Shown here: positions 27,080 to 40,372 of the stretch, one piece after another
How positions within the stretch are numbered: position 1 is the first letter of the stretch
Layout: the number at the start of each line of letters is the position of its first letter
DNA from: Lobosporangium transversale
Lineage: Eukaryota
Length of the DNA: 64,000 nt
Direction of reading: 5' to 3'
NCBI RefSeq assembly: GCF_002105155.1
Contig: NW_019029008.1
Coordinates: forward strand, 372,001-436,000
Program-made: the position numbers and the translations under genes
Notes under the pieces: generated by a model
What the model was told of the DNA's origin: nothing
What the model saw: only the letters and a program-made list of their open reading frames with translations
Database searches by the model: none

Positions 27080-30000
27080 GTTAAAAATTAGACTAAACTC
27101 TGTGTGCAAATAAGAGGAAGTGGAGGGGAGAGAGGAAAATGAGAGACAATGGTAAGGATGAGAAGTGAAAGAGAGAGAGAAAATTCACGGAGCTATTTTT
27201 TTTTTATTTTTTTTTTGATTGATCGTTTATAAATGAAGAAAAGGACATTGGAACGTTGGGACGTTGGGGCATTGGTCCAGACCAGTGATATTAATCGCTA
27301 AAGGTATTAATCGCTAAAAGGTATTAATAACCCATTGCTGTTTCTGGACTGTAGTGAGAATGAATTGAATTGGGGCACTATACATGTACGACGTGCAAGG
27401 CTTTTTTTTTTTTTTTTTTTTTTTTTTTTTGTTCAGGGTCAGTAAAAGAAAAAGAAAAACACATTATTAGTTGTGACTACATGCTGCAAACAAGTAATAG
27501 AACTTGGTCGCTGCAGCGCAGTTGCATCCATGCACAAAATTAGAGTGTCCACTGGACAAAAAGAACAGTTTTTAGTAATTCGTATCGTTGCTCCTGTACA
27601 CAAAAACCTCATTTGTATCGCTGACTCTTAATTCATTATTGGAGTAGTAAAATTACGGGATCTCCGCTGCTATTGATTGTTGTTTCTTTCTCGTCCTTCT
27701 TCCTTCACAACTTACCGGAAAATTCTATTCCTTCTCTGAGACGACATGTACACATGTACACATAGCACTGTGGTACATGAGCAGCTTATCGATGAAATTG
27801 ATGAGTAATTCCATGGGCTTATCATACAAAACTTCAAGGAATTTTTTTTTTGAGTTTGAGCATTCATCCTAATCAATGTCAATGAGCGATGAGTGATAGA
27901 TGACATGCATTGACTCGTTTCGTTCTCAATATCTGGCTCCCTGGATTTCTCATGTTTAATAAGACCAAATATCAATATGTCCCCACACAACGAAGAAAAG
28001 CTGGGCACGAGAGGGGTAAGAGCCCTTTACTGAAAAAGAATCATGACATGGATGCTCTGATACTGTTTACTGGATGCAATCTAGATATCTCAAATTTGCT
28101 TTTTTTTTTTTTGCACACTCTTTATTTCGCGGCACATAACAAAGACGATGCTGTGGTCGTCAAGGCAATTGAAAATAGTATGGGGATCAACCACCATTAT
28201 TATTAATCTCCGCCCTTTCTAGTCCAAGTAGAAACTATACACAGCCTACAAGAAACTGGAGAAGCCTTGTGATGGCTTTCGAGCCACCAGGAAATATGTT
28301 TGGGTATCAACACAAATTGAACATATAAACTAATGGGCTTGGAAGCGCAGAGGATAGAAATAAAATAAAGTATTGTTTGATGCTACTCTCCGGCTGCAGT
28401 CTTGGAAGATGTTGGTTGGAGCGCTATGATTATGTACAGGGCATAGAGCATTTATGTAGGCTTTGAACCATTGTAATATCCTTTGTGGAACCAAAAAGAT
28501 AGTGCTTTTCAACCTGCAATGAACAAACCTCCAATCTCTCAAGTGACCAATCAGTTCCTGAGTACTCTCGTGAAGGCATGGACTAAATGCTTAAGCTTGC
28601 TTCTTATGCATGCCAGCAAAATTGCATTAAATGCAGACTGATAGGTATCTTGATAGACGCACAAAGGCTAGCCTCGCTTACTTCAACCTGGGATACTTCA
28701 TGGCCGTATGATAGCAAGAACTACTGAGAGATCCCTGTGAGTCCCATTTGAGATATTGCCAAAGCTTCTATTTCATACTAGGCAGGATTTCGGGGTTGAC
28801 TCCCGGATCCTAATTTAAAAAGATCCTACTCTGGAGAAACCCTCAAGTGGAACTGGACAAGTTAACGACAATGTAGTGTTTTCTGACGCAGATGGCTTTA
28901 TCTGGATAAGATCTCGACATTGCACCAAGAAAATAGGAGGGGTTGCCATTATGGTCAGTGCGCGGATCTTTATTTTGGCGAATTAAAATTTTTCTACATT
29001 CTACAGTACATGAGCAACCCTCTACTCTGGTTGGTTGATTCAATGGAGGAAAGGAAAAAAAAAAAAAAAAAGAATCGGGGTCTCATTTTAATCTGCGGTT
29101 AAAAAAAAAATAAAGCTAATAACTCATTCTTTATCCTCAGTAGACAAGAGTCATAGATGATAAGAATATGTTTGTCATAAAAAAAAAAAAAAAAAAAAAA
29201 AAAGGGAAAAAAGGAAAAAGGGAAAAAAGCAAAAAAGATAAAAGAGAAGATAAAAAAGAAGATATTAAAATTAAAAATAAAAATCGAGAGAAGACTACAA
29301 ATCCATCCTTTCTTATTCTTAGTTAGTTCACTTCCGAATGGACTGCCAAACTGTCGTTGAAAGGCTATTGTGACCGAGGAGGACTCTCTGAGGAACGCGA
29401 GCAGCAACAAAAGACGTAGTCATGGCCTTGGGAGTAATCATTTTTATGCCATGCCATGTCCTTGTAGTGAAAGATACTGTCGCTGAAAAGTTGACAATAG
29501 CTTTCTTTTTTTTTTTTTTTTTTTCTAGCAACAGGCTCGCCCTATTTATTCAAAATATATAAAATAATAAAAAGCAAGCCTTGAGGGAATAGAGACATAT
29601 TCGTATAGAAGTAAACTGATAGACTATCAGGGTGGCTCTATGATAAATATCTTCATTTGTGTATCTGGAATCAAGCCTAACTTGTATACGATGTCGACGA
29701 GAAGTCCTTCTTTGTGCTAGGAAGCGTCTTTAATGTGGATTGTGACAGTATGTGCTTATATGATACAAGCCTTCTTTTTTATTATTATTTTTATTCTTTG
29801 AGTTCCTTGCGGTCTTTTGGAACCTCATTCATAAGAGGATATTTTAATAACATAAGCAACAAAAATAGGTAATGGTTCGGATAAGTATGATATCTACATT
29901 TAATCCCATAAGTTTCCTGCTGATTTTGAACTAGGCTATTAATGTGTGGTTATTGTCAGTAAAGAAAAAAGAAAAAAAAAAAGTAAAATTATCCAAGAAT

Positions 30001-30363
30001 CAAAATTTGATTATGGATGTGATACCGCATAGCATGGAATGTGGAATATGTGGAGAAATGCTTGATTTTAAACACCTGAGTATACTTTAAGGCATTGGTT
30101 ACTTAATAAATGCTGTCGGTGTATAGTGTACAGCATGCTTCATTTACATAATTACTCATGGGTCCCCCTGTGTCTCCTATGACCAATTCAGTGTCGCTCT
30201 ATTTTCTCTTTCTGTTTTCTCTTCTTTCATTTCGCTTTTCAACAACCTGACCGTTGCTTGAAAGTCTACAAAACAAATTTTAAAGTATTGTTAGCCCTTT
30301 CCTTTCAGACAAACAAACATTAATATTTTTATAAACAAACAAAAAAAAAAAAAAAAAAAAAAT

Positions 30364-32461
30364 ATGAAGCTAACCCTGTGCATTACTAGTGCTCTTGTGC
30401 TTCTCGCGGCAAGCAGCGCTTATCGTGCTGAGCATGAGATAGAAGAAGTGTTCAAGTAAGCAAGTAGCCATGAAGAGCCATTATAGCTTTACACGACAAC
30501 TGTTTGTTCACAATCCTCTTTTTTTAATTTTTTTTTATTATTATTTTATTTCCTGCATATAGGATTCCTATCGTTCCTATTCGTGGAGCGCGCCAACCCT
30601 CGACGATTGGGCGATGGGAACACACTTTAAGGAAATATGGTGTTGCGCATGGGCAAAAATCTGAAGGCGCCAGAGGGAAAAGTCGTGTTGTACTAGAGAC
30701 AGGAAAAGAGGCATCATTAATGGCTCAAATACCATTAATTGATTATGATTTTGACCGCGAGGTAGTTATAATATTGGATTTATAACTGTTCAGCTGTTTT
30801 GAGTAAGGGGGGGTTTTTTTTTTTGTCTTAGAATATTGATCTTATCAGAGTGCTTATTATTCTCTGCTTCTACTAGTATTACGGAGCCGTGCAAGTTGGT
30901 GAACCACCTCAAACGTTCAAGGTTTTAAAAAAAAAAAAAAAAAAAAAAAAGGCTTTTCATAAACGTTCCACATGCGTGAAAAAGTATAAGGTTTTCTTAA
31001 AACATAGATTTTCTCTCTTTTTGTCAGATTGACTTCGATACAGGGTCGTCCAAATTTATTCTCTCATCCAAAGCCTGTAAGGATTGTTCTGGTAGTACGC
31101 GTTTTGATCCAGCTGCATCGCACACATTTCGACTCAACAACGAGTATGAAAACGAACTCGGGAATAAAAATTCTTCCTCTACTTTTACATCTGATCCAAA
31201 CACTTGGCACATCACCTATGGCGACATGTCTCATGCGGAAGGCATCCTCGGTCGGGACCACGTCACCATCGCCAACCTAACGGTCCGTCATCAGCAAATC
31301 GCACTCATTCTCAGCGAAAGCGCCAATTTTGATGATGTAGTTGATGGTATCATGGGTCTCTCTTTTGGAACACTGTCCTCCCCTTCTTCGCATCCCCAGT
31401 CCTTCTCAACCCAAGGACCACCCGAAGGAGATACACCTTTGGAACCAAGGACTTTATTTGAAAATATGATGGATCAAGGACTTGTCAAACATGGCGTCTT
31501 TAGTTTCTACCTTGGAAAGAATTATCCTAATGGGACTAGCGATCCTATCGACAGTGGAAGTGATTATACTGGGGGTGGAGAGGTTATCTTTGGAGGAGTC
31601 GATACATCCCGAGTGAGGGAAGGGTTCGAAATCGTGTACACACCAGTAACTAAACCAAAGTATTGGCAGATCAATATCGAAAACATCTTTGTGGCCGGTC
31701 AACGTGTCGATTACTATCCTGAGCCAACAACAGTGACATCAGCTGCGAGAGCTGTAGGAGCCACAGTAAAAACATCATCTAAAGAGTCTACAGCTAATCG
31801 AAGCAAGGGTCAGAAGCGTGGTAGCTTTCAAAAAAATAATCCAAAGAAGCAATCAAATATCGTAGGAATCATGGATACAGGAACTACGCTGATGATTGTT
31901 CCTGAGCGACTCGCATTCGCCGTGCATCAGCTCATCCCTGGTGCTGTTCAGATCTCTGGCCAATCATGGACAATCCCTTGTGATTTAACATCCACTACCA
32001 GTTCTTTTTCTTCATCAGCTAAAAACATCAAGAGCAACAAGAGTAACTATAGTAGCAATCTGAAAATCCAAGGAATTGAGCTTGAAATCGAGGGCCACAG
32101 GTTTGCAATCCCGTTTAGTGATCTTGTGCGTGAGGCTGTGAGGCTTGATGGTCAGATGGCGAGCGGTATCGATAAGGGAAATGGACGTGTAAAGAAGGAG
32201 GATAGGGACCAAGAGCAATCCAATAATGGTAAAAATCAGACCAGTAAAGATAAAGTCAGTGTAGTACCAACACAGCCAAGGCTTTGCTTTTCGGGGATTC
32301 AGCCAAGCGCAGCTAACTTTATGATCATCGGGGATTTATTCATCAAAAATAACTACGTGGTATTCGACCAAGCAAATCAACGGGTTGGGATTGCTCCACT
32401 CAAGTTCCCATCATTGACCAAGCACAGTAGTAGCAGTAAGAACAGTAGTTACAGCGCTTGA
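30364..32461 (+). CDS. Secreted A1 (pepsin-like) aspartic protease, 4 exons
   Basis: Signal peptide MKLTLCITSALVLLAASSA. Spliced EYYGAVQVGEPPQTFKIDFDTGS, second catalytic MDTGT, DGIMGL, IIGDLF, VVFD...RVGIA. Confidence 0.92.
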
Positions 32462-33407
32462 CCAGGATCGACCCTATTCGTTCGTAGACTTGATGCCAGA
32501 GAGTCGGGCAGTAGACGAAGAAGACAAAGAAAGTGGCTATAAATCCTCCTCAATTGGTGTAGAGTAAAATATAAAAGTATTGCGAAGATCAGAGAGTATT
32601 ATAAAAAAATTTATTGTATTACATTACTGTCTTCTCTTTAATTTCCGCACTGAGTTGAGAATAAGCGATTAAGAACCAATGTAAATTATAATGTAAGCAT
32701 ATAGCCAAAGATACTCTGAATGTTGCCTGGGATACGTTGATTTCAGATGATGGCCCTCTCTTGCATGAGCGAGATATAGAGAAAAGATGCGGGTTCGTTT
32801 ACGCGTTTCTACTCTTCACATTGTCCAATTAAAATTCAATGCTCCCTTATCGTATGATCCGCTTATAACTTTGCAACGTGGTTGTTCTCGATAGAAGCAC
32901 AAGTTGTTCAAGTTTTTTTTTTTTATTTTTATTATTTTATCTAAAAAAAAAGACACATGCCGAATAGTGTGAATTACACGTTGCAGTCTAGTACCGCACA
33001 GCTTTGGATACGTACATGTACAACCACTGCCTGATCCCTTGGCCAACTAAACGCGTAGAACTATCAACTAAAAGCCAGGACCGCACCCTTTATTCGTCCT
33101 CTGCCCTCCTTTCCATCCACTTTCTCACCCGATGGCCTCTTCCCTTTGTTGCTTATAATATTCATGCAAACAAAGTATGGGAAATGAAACAATTTAAAGG
33201 ATTTATTTCATCACATGAATCATATAAATATCCGAGTCCTTTTCCCCCACAGTATTCTACTGATTTTTATCTCGGAGAACCTCGGATGGATTTTGTCAAA
33301 CGACTTGGAGGGGGGGATAGAGGGCTTTGTGCTCCAAGCTCCTCTCAAAAGCCCCCATTTCTGTATCTATAAGAAATTAGAGCGTTATATTTATGAGTGT
33401 CAATGCC

Positions 33408-33438
<31 letters not shown>

Positions 33439-34017
33439 TGACAGAAAGCTTTTTCAATAAATATTGTAGAGGAGCAGACCCATGATAGAGATTCAGTACC
33501 AGCTTTAACCTTCAACCATGGAGAACTTTCGTTCCTTCTTACTTTTTTCTTTTGAGAAGTATACTTGGATACTCCTTCCGATCCACACCTGGATCTTTCA
33601 TAAGAAGTTATCCATCCCCCCGATGACTCTTGTGGGGAGGATGAAATTTATGGCTCTTAAAAAAAAAACATTTACACAATAGTTAATAAAACTTGAAGGT
33701 AAAGTATGGATCCTAAAAAAAAAAAACAAAAAAATACATACATGTGTTGGTAGCCATGAGTTAAATACTCCATGAATTGTTCTCTCCGCCCGGGGAGCTG
33801 CTCATTTCATGCAATAATGAAATGAAATGATTCTTGTAAAACGCGCGAAAAAATGAAATGCGCTGTGCACAAAAAAAAGCCTTTTTAAGAATTAAGCCAC
33901 AGCGATCGAATAAATGATGACAACTTCCATTTCTTTCTTTTTGTTCGTCTCCCCATTCATGAAAAACAGCATTACATTATAGACAACATTTAGACAAGAA
34001 TATTAAAGAAAAAATAC

Positions 34018-35920
34018 ATGGCGACGAGGATGCAACGAGCCGCAATAACTGGATCAAAGACCTTTACTTTTCTTCGATATAGTGGTCGCTCACCACTCGG
34101 ACATACGACGACTATCACAAGAACTCCAGTAGCTAGATCATATCAACATTTTCAATATTCATCACTAAGACGTCGTGCAGCAGCGGTAACAGCAGGGGGG
34201 GGGAGCAAAGCCTCACCCAGCTCACGCGGTGGACGTATCATCGCTAGAACAACAGCTCCCTCACGAGCAAATGTTATTAGATCCACCGCAGCAGCAACAG
34301 CCTCGGCTGTAAACCACAACCATGGAGCATACAGTGCAAACAACGTTGCAACGTCACAAGATCAAGCACCAAGCAATGTCATCCAAGGATTGGATGTGGC
34401 ATCTACACCAGCTGTCGTTCCTGAGGACCCCTTTGGTGTCTTGCAGCCTCACCATCCTGCTTATAAATTGCTTGCCCAGCCTGCACTGATCATGACTCGT
34501 CAGATTGAGATGATGAATGGTATAGTATAGTAACAATTTAAAACCAAGTGCTCTATTTATAATTCTCATTTTCTTTTATATTGTCATTAACACTTATTTT
34601 AATCTGTGTATGGTATTTAGTACTTGTGGGATTCGAGCAAGCCAACAAATATGCTATTGTGGATCCACATGGAAACCCGATCGGATATATTGCAGAGGAA
34701 GATACAACGTTTATGAAAGCTATGAGTCGACAGGTGTTTAGGACGCATCGACCCTTCAAAGCATCAGTGTTGGATCTAGAAGGCAATGAGATATTGAAAA
34801 TCCATCGTCCGTTTGCATTCATCAATTCAAGGATTATGATTTCAACTCCCGATGACCGATTGATTGGTGAAGTTCAACAGGAATGGCATTTGATCCGCAG
34901 ACGATACAACTTGTTTACGCTCGAACAACCTGACCCAACGACCATGTCACAGCACGAAGATCATACGACGACAGCCATCTCGACCGAAAGAGATTTGACG
35001 GGTCGAGGATTGAACCGAGTTCAATTTGCACATATCGATGGTGGTTTCCTGGCTTTGGATTTTGAAATGCAGGATGAGCAAGGACGAAACATTGCGAGTG
35101 TCAATCGAAATTTTGTGGGGTTTGCGAGGGAGCTCTTTACGGATTCAGGACAGTATGCACTTCGATTTGATGCAGCAGTGATTCAAGACTTGCAACAGCA
35201 ACAGGGTCTTGGAGCTACACCTACTACAGCAGCCACGACGGATCAAGATTTGCAACATGCCAAGGAGATCCAGGCTAATAAGGATGAAAAGGCATTGGCA
35301 CAATTGGAGAGCAGAGGTGGACTGACATTGGATCAGAGAGCCATTATGTTGGCTTGTGCTGTCAGCATTGATTTTGATTACTTTTCAAGGCACTCTGGCA
35401 ATGGGTAAGCTTATCATTTTATAAAACAGCAGCATCTCTATGATGGAAAAGGAAAAGGGACAGATTTAACAAAAGAATCTCCACTGACCATAACGTTGTT
35501 TATCTTTATTTATGTATTTTTAATTACTCATAAAAAAAAAAAAAAAAAAAAAAAAGTGGTATCATGCCGATTCCAATGATGATGGGAGGTGGACATGCTC
35601 CTGTGCCAAGTAACAGTGGAGACAATCCCATGGGCACAGTTGTGGGTGCAGGAGCAGGCGCAGGAGCAGGTCATGTTCTTGGCGATGCAACAGCAGGAGA
35701 TGTTACAGGCGGCGCAGTTGGCACAGGAAGTATGCCTGGTACTCCGCCGATGCCATCTGCTCCTGCTCCTCCAGCCGGGGCCACCAATGAGTGGGGAGAA
35801 GAAATCTGGGCTGAAGATGATTCCTCACCCGGGGATTCAGGGGACTCTTGGTTTGGAGGAGAAGAAGGAGGAGACTCTTGGCTTGGAGGTTGGTTCGATG
35901 GCTTTGGTGGGGGGGATTAA
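34018..35920 (+). CDS. AIM25: Phospholipid scramblase-family protein (AIM25-like), 3 exons
   Basis: RQIEMMN|VLVGFEQANKY, RQVFRTHRPF, IGEVQQEWHLIRRRYNLF, GFARELFTD.GQY, LDQRAIMLACAVSIDFDYFSRHS. Basic mitochondrial-type N-terminus. Confidence 0.9.
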
Positions 35921-36319
35921 AGGAGCTTTTCTCTAGCCAAAAAGAAATAATACATAATTCATATAAACATGATATATAGATATATATATATACTATTAAA
36001 AAAGAATAATTCTTGTAGCTTTTTTATTCGTGGCACTTCGATAGTGTAAATGTCGGTGTTGTAAAATTATGAGAAGATTCGCACTAGTCATACTTTCCAA
36101 AAAGAAAAATGGCGTAACATGTACTGCCAGGAACAGGTTCTACAATGTATACGTTGAAAGGAAAAATAGAAGGTCCTTTCTAACGTTCCTCAGGACGACA
36201 GATATCATTGCGAAGTTCAGTATTCCTTCCCTTCTCAATTTCGACCTTTTTCTGTCCCCATTCTTCTTCAAGTTACTCATTTGCCCATCTGTGTTTTTGC
36301 TTTTTTGATCAAATCCATC

Positions 36320-37382
36320 ATGCCACGAATTGAAGTATTTTCAGATTTTGATGGAACCATCAGCATGGAGGACACTGGTTGCATCCTCATTGACTCTGGC
36401 ATTGGTGAAGAGACTCGCAAGGCAATGGATGTCCAAGTCTTGAACCATGAGTTGACATTTCTGTAAGTTTAGATTAATAATAAAAAAAAAGGAGTATATG
36501 AAGTAATGCCTGTGTCTGTAACATGACCTCTTTGCTAATCACTGGACATGCTCGCCCTTATTCAATCTATATAAAAATATTTTTTCCCTTTGTGATCGAA
36601 TATAATAGGGATGCCATGGATATCTGGTGGTCAAGTGTGAACTTGACGTTTGAAGAGGGTCTGGAGCTAGTTCGGGAGGTTGAGCTCGATCCAGGATTCC
36701 TAAAGTTTTATGCACATGTTCAAACGCACAAGATTCCGTTTTCGATAGTCTCCTGTGGTCTTGATATCATCATTGAGAAGTACATGTCATGGTACCTTGG
36801 AGAGGAGGAGGCGAAGAAGCTGGTGATTTTAGCGAATTATGGCAAGGTCGTGGATAAGAAATGGTTGGTCAGCTACAGAGATGAGACACCTCACAGTCAT
36901 GACAAATCAGTCTGTATTAAGGAATCCAAAGAACAGTTCAAGAAGGAGATGGTTGAGCAACAGAAACAACGTGAGTTGGCTAAAGAGACCAAGCAGGAAC
37001 AGGCAGAGGAACATGTCATTGTGTTTTGTGGAGATGGTATCTCGGATCTGAGTGCAGCACGCGAAGCGGATGTTTTGTTTGCAAGGAAAGGAAGGTAAAA
37101 AAAAATTATAAATGTCCCTCTATTTTTTGAATTTGTTTCATCTTTTTAAAAAAAAGGACATGGCTCATGCTCACCAGAATATCCTTTTGTCTATTACATA
37201 AATTTTTTTAATTGCATTTGAATAGGAACTTGGAAAAGTATTGCAGGATTCACAAGATCCCCTTTACGCCATTTGACAGCTTTGACCAGGTTAGAGAGTT
37301 AATCCAGGGACTACAGGATGGATCCTTGACGATGACGGAGGTTAGACGTCGTCAACAGCAGGAATGCGAAAAAGAAGTATGA
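36320..37382 (+). CDS. HAD-superfamily IB phosphatase (MtnX/YNL010W-like), 3 exons
   Basis: Motif I FSDFDGTI, LDPGF, VSCG, HDKS, motif IV FCGDGISDLSAAREADVLFARKG, last exon LEKYC..HKIPF. Confidence 0.88.
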
Positions 37383-38922
37383 GATCGAAATGTTTTGTTT
37401 ACTCAGTCTGGTCGGTCTGATATTTTAGTGCAATCAATTAGTCAATTAGAGCAGCAAATAGAAAAATGGCCGGTTAAAACTTTTTAATCAAATGATGTTT
37501 TAGACTTTAAAAAAAGCGGGAAATAAGTTTTTTTTTTTTTTAGCTTGGAGTACAGAGATTGGCACGGGGTGTTTCTAATCAGATGCCACGTACATGTACA
37601 TGTACACCACACATGACATCAAACAAACAACAAAGAGGCAGACTGTATACGTGCCATGTAATGAGACCACCCTAGACCAATGGCAGACACAAGAAGAAAA
37701 ACGCCTTTTGTCTCTCTCAGTCCACTGAAAGGCAATTGTTGTTGTGATCGTTGCATCTGTGTTGTTTTTGTGTTTGGTTTCTTCTCTTTTTCCAAATGAT
37801 GAATGATGAGAGGCTAGTGCGGAAGGAAAAAAAAAAAAAAGGAGCTTCTGCATCCATTCATTTTCCGCCTGCCTCACTCTCTATTTTTCTCTTTTCTGGT
37901 CTCTTCTCTCTTCTTCTCTTCTTTCAACTTTCAATTTTGAACAATTTCATTCTCTCTTGCTCTCGCCTGCTCTCTCAATTCTTACCACACACTCAATTCT
38001 CTCTCTCTCTCACTTTCGCTTTCGCTCTCTCTCTCTCTCTCTCTATTTCATTGCACCCCTCTTTCAATTCTCCCTCTCCCCTACCTTCCTTCCCCCTTCA
38101 CTTCCTACCCCTCAATCCTCTTCCCATCACTCTTTACTCGCTTCCATTCCACTTCCTCCCACACTTTCTTTTTTTCATTCTTTGTTATTTCTCTCTCTAT
38201 TTTTGGTTTTTTTTGTTCACATCCCGTTCCAAGAGGATATATTAAAACTTTCGTCATCCTCTGTTCTAAAGGTAAAAAAGAAACCTATTCCAACTCATAC
38301 CTTCTTTTGGTGTTGGGCTGTGTACCATGTCTTTAACGGTATAGAGTTATTTGAAATTGTTTGTCCCATTGGATCTTTCTCCATATTACTGTCTTCTTTC
38401 ATATCACATGACTGCATCCTTTTTTTTTTTTTTTTTTTTTTTTAAACAATGGGACCAATGATCAATTTGTCAATGTGAATGACTGAATGTCCACAGAACC
38501 CCTCATTAATTGAAAAGATTTGGTGCATTGAGAATTAAGTTGGAAAACTGGTTGAGCTTTTACATAAAATGCAATATGCTCTCTTACCTTTTTGCCCTTC
38601 CTCTCTCAGCTTGCGACGACCCTCCTTCCTCTTGAATAAATACCTTTTCTTCCGTTTTTTTCCCTTTTTCTTTCTTTCTTTCCTTACTAACAATCCCTTA
38701 CCACAACCACGAACCACCAACTTATCCTTCCTATCCACCCTTACTCTCATCATCTACACCTGTCTTTCCTGGTTGTGTGTTCCATTATCTGTACTCTTAC
38801 CACAACCCTCTTTTCCCTATCATATACTTGACCATCCACCTTCATCTCACTTACATTCTATCCAATATTTAGATTCCATCTCCCTTTTCCCTCCTTCCTC
38901 CCTGTAGTTCCATATAACCCAT

Positions 38923-40372
38923 ATGCATCCATCAACAGCAATATCCGCTCCATCACAGGCCTCTGCTCCTTCTGCTCCCCGAGCTCAGAAATCCAATAAC
39001 CGGAAAAGTGGCCTTACTGCAGCCCTCCAGAAACAGAGCCAAGGTCAGAGCCACCAAAGTCAGCCTCAGAGCCAGACTCGTCATAACAATAATGGCTCTC
39101 GTCATGCTCAAAAGACCCCAGAGCAGACCCATCATCGTCACCATTCTATGCCTCCTCAACAGCGTAACAATGGTAACAGCCAACAGACCAAGGCTGACAT
39201 GACTAATGTGACCATCCTCAAGCGCTCCTCGGCTGCCCCTGTTGCCAAGACCGTTACTGTGCTTGATCCTCAGCAACAGGTTACATCCAAACGCACTCAG
39301 ACTCACCAGCACCAGCATCAGCACCAGCATCAGCAACGTAATCATCACCCTAACCAGAAGCAGAGGCCTCACTCTCAACAACCTTCCAAGGCTCGCCGAG
39401 TGCAGAGACGCCAAGAAGCTCAAGTTGATCTTGAGCAGGCTATGCAGCAGAGTCCTCCCTTGGATCCATCCAGCCCACCATCCTCCTCGGACTCTGATGA
39501 TTCAGAGTCATTTTCACGTTTGCCAGACAATTATCTCCGTCGCCAATTGACCGGCAGTCCTCCTCATCGACCTAGCTCTGCGCCAGCAGTGCCGCAGCAG
39601 GCGCAGCCCCGCCGAGGGTAAGTTTTTTTTTTTTTTTTTCCCTTTCTATTCCAAGCTCTAGTGATGGTGATGTTTTATTTTTATGGGTCACACTGGGTCA
39701 TAATGAATTTATTGGATATCAGATCTTCATTGATGAAAGATAATTGATTGATGGCTTTAGCTTACTCTTGATGTACCCTTTGATGGATATGTCATTCCAT
39801 TTGTCTATTTTAAATGTCTTTGGGGTATGAATGATGAGCTAATCATCCAATTTTTATATGATTATTGGTTTTTTAAATATAGCCATCAGAACATGGATGG
39901 TGCCCAACATGGCTCAAGCCGTGGCCCCTATCCCATGGACATGCCACAGCGCCCGACTGTTACGATCAAGACCAATTCTGCTGATAAGGTCATGTTGATG
40001 GAGAAGAAGACATCACTTTATGCCGGTCCCACCTTCCATAACTCGCCTGCCCCAACCAGTCTTCCCATCCCTGCTTTTTCTCGCTCGGCCGGTAACAGCC
40101 CCACTGAGCCCACTGTTGACAGACTGCCTTCGTCCCCTTTCTTTGCCGAAGCGGCTTCTCCCCAGCTCAACAGTATGCGACCATTCACTGTACCTTCGCC
40201 CACGGAAGGTTGGACCGGCCACTACTCCATGCCTTTGACCCATGGCTATAATGTTCCTGACCGCATGGCAACCTCAAGCTTTACCCCACATGGTCCTGCA
40301 CCGGACAGTGTTGCTCACTTGATGGAAATTAGTCAGAGTCTCCGCAACTTGCTGAAGATCCAAAGCCAATAG
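38923..40372 (+). CDS. Disordered Edc1/PNRC-like mRNA decapping activator, 2 exons
   Basis: YAGPTFHNSPAPTSLPIP motif and C-terminal SQSLRNLLKI helical leucine motif. Q/H/S-rich low complexity. Intron ~39619-39882. Confidence 0.72.

Noticed and set aside
27245..27330. Short duplications upstream of TDH (TATTAATCGCTAAA(A)GG x2; TTGG(A/G)ACG repeats)
   Set aside because: Consistent with local slippage; no evidence of regulatory function.
37751..38907. Long F/L/S-rich ORFs (also 40397-41020, 52941-53254, 63455-63768)
   Set aside because: Translations of CT/T-rich UTR, intron and microsatellite DNA; no motifs or splice support.
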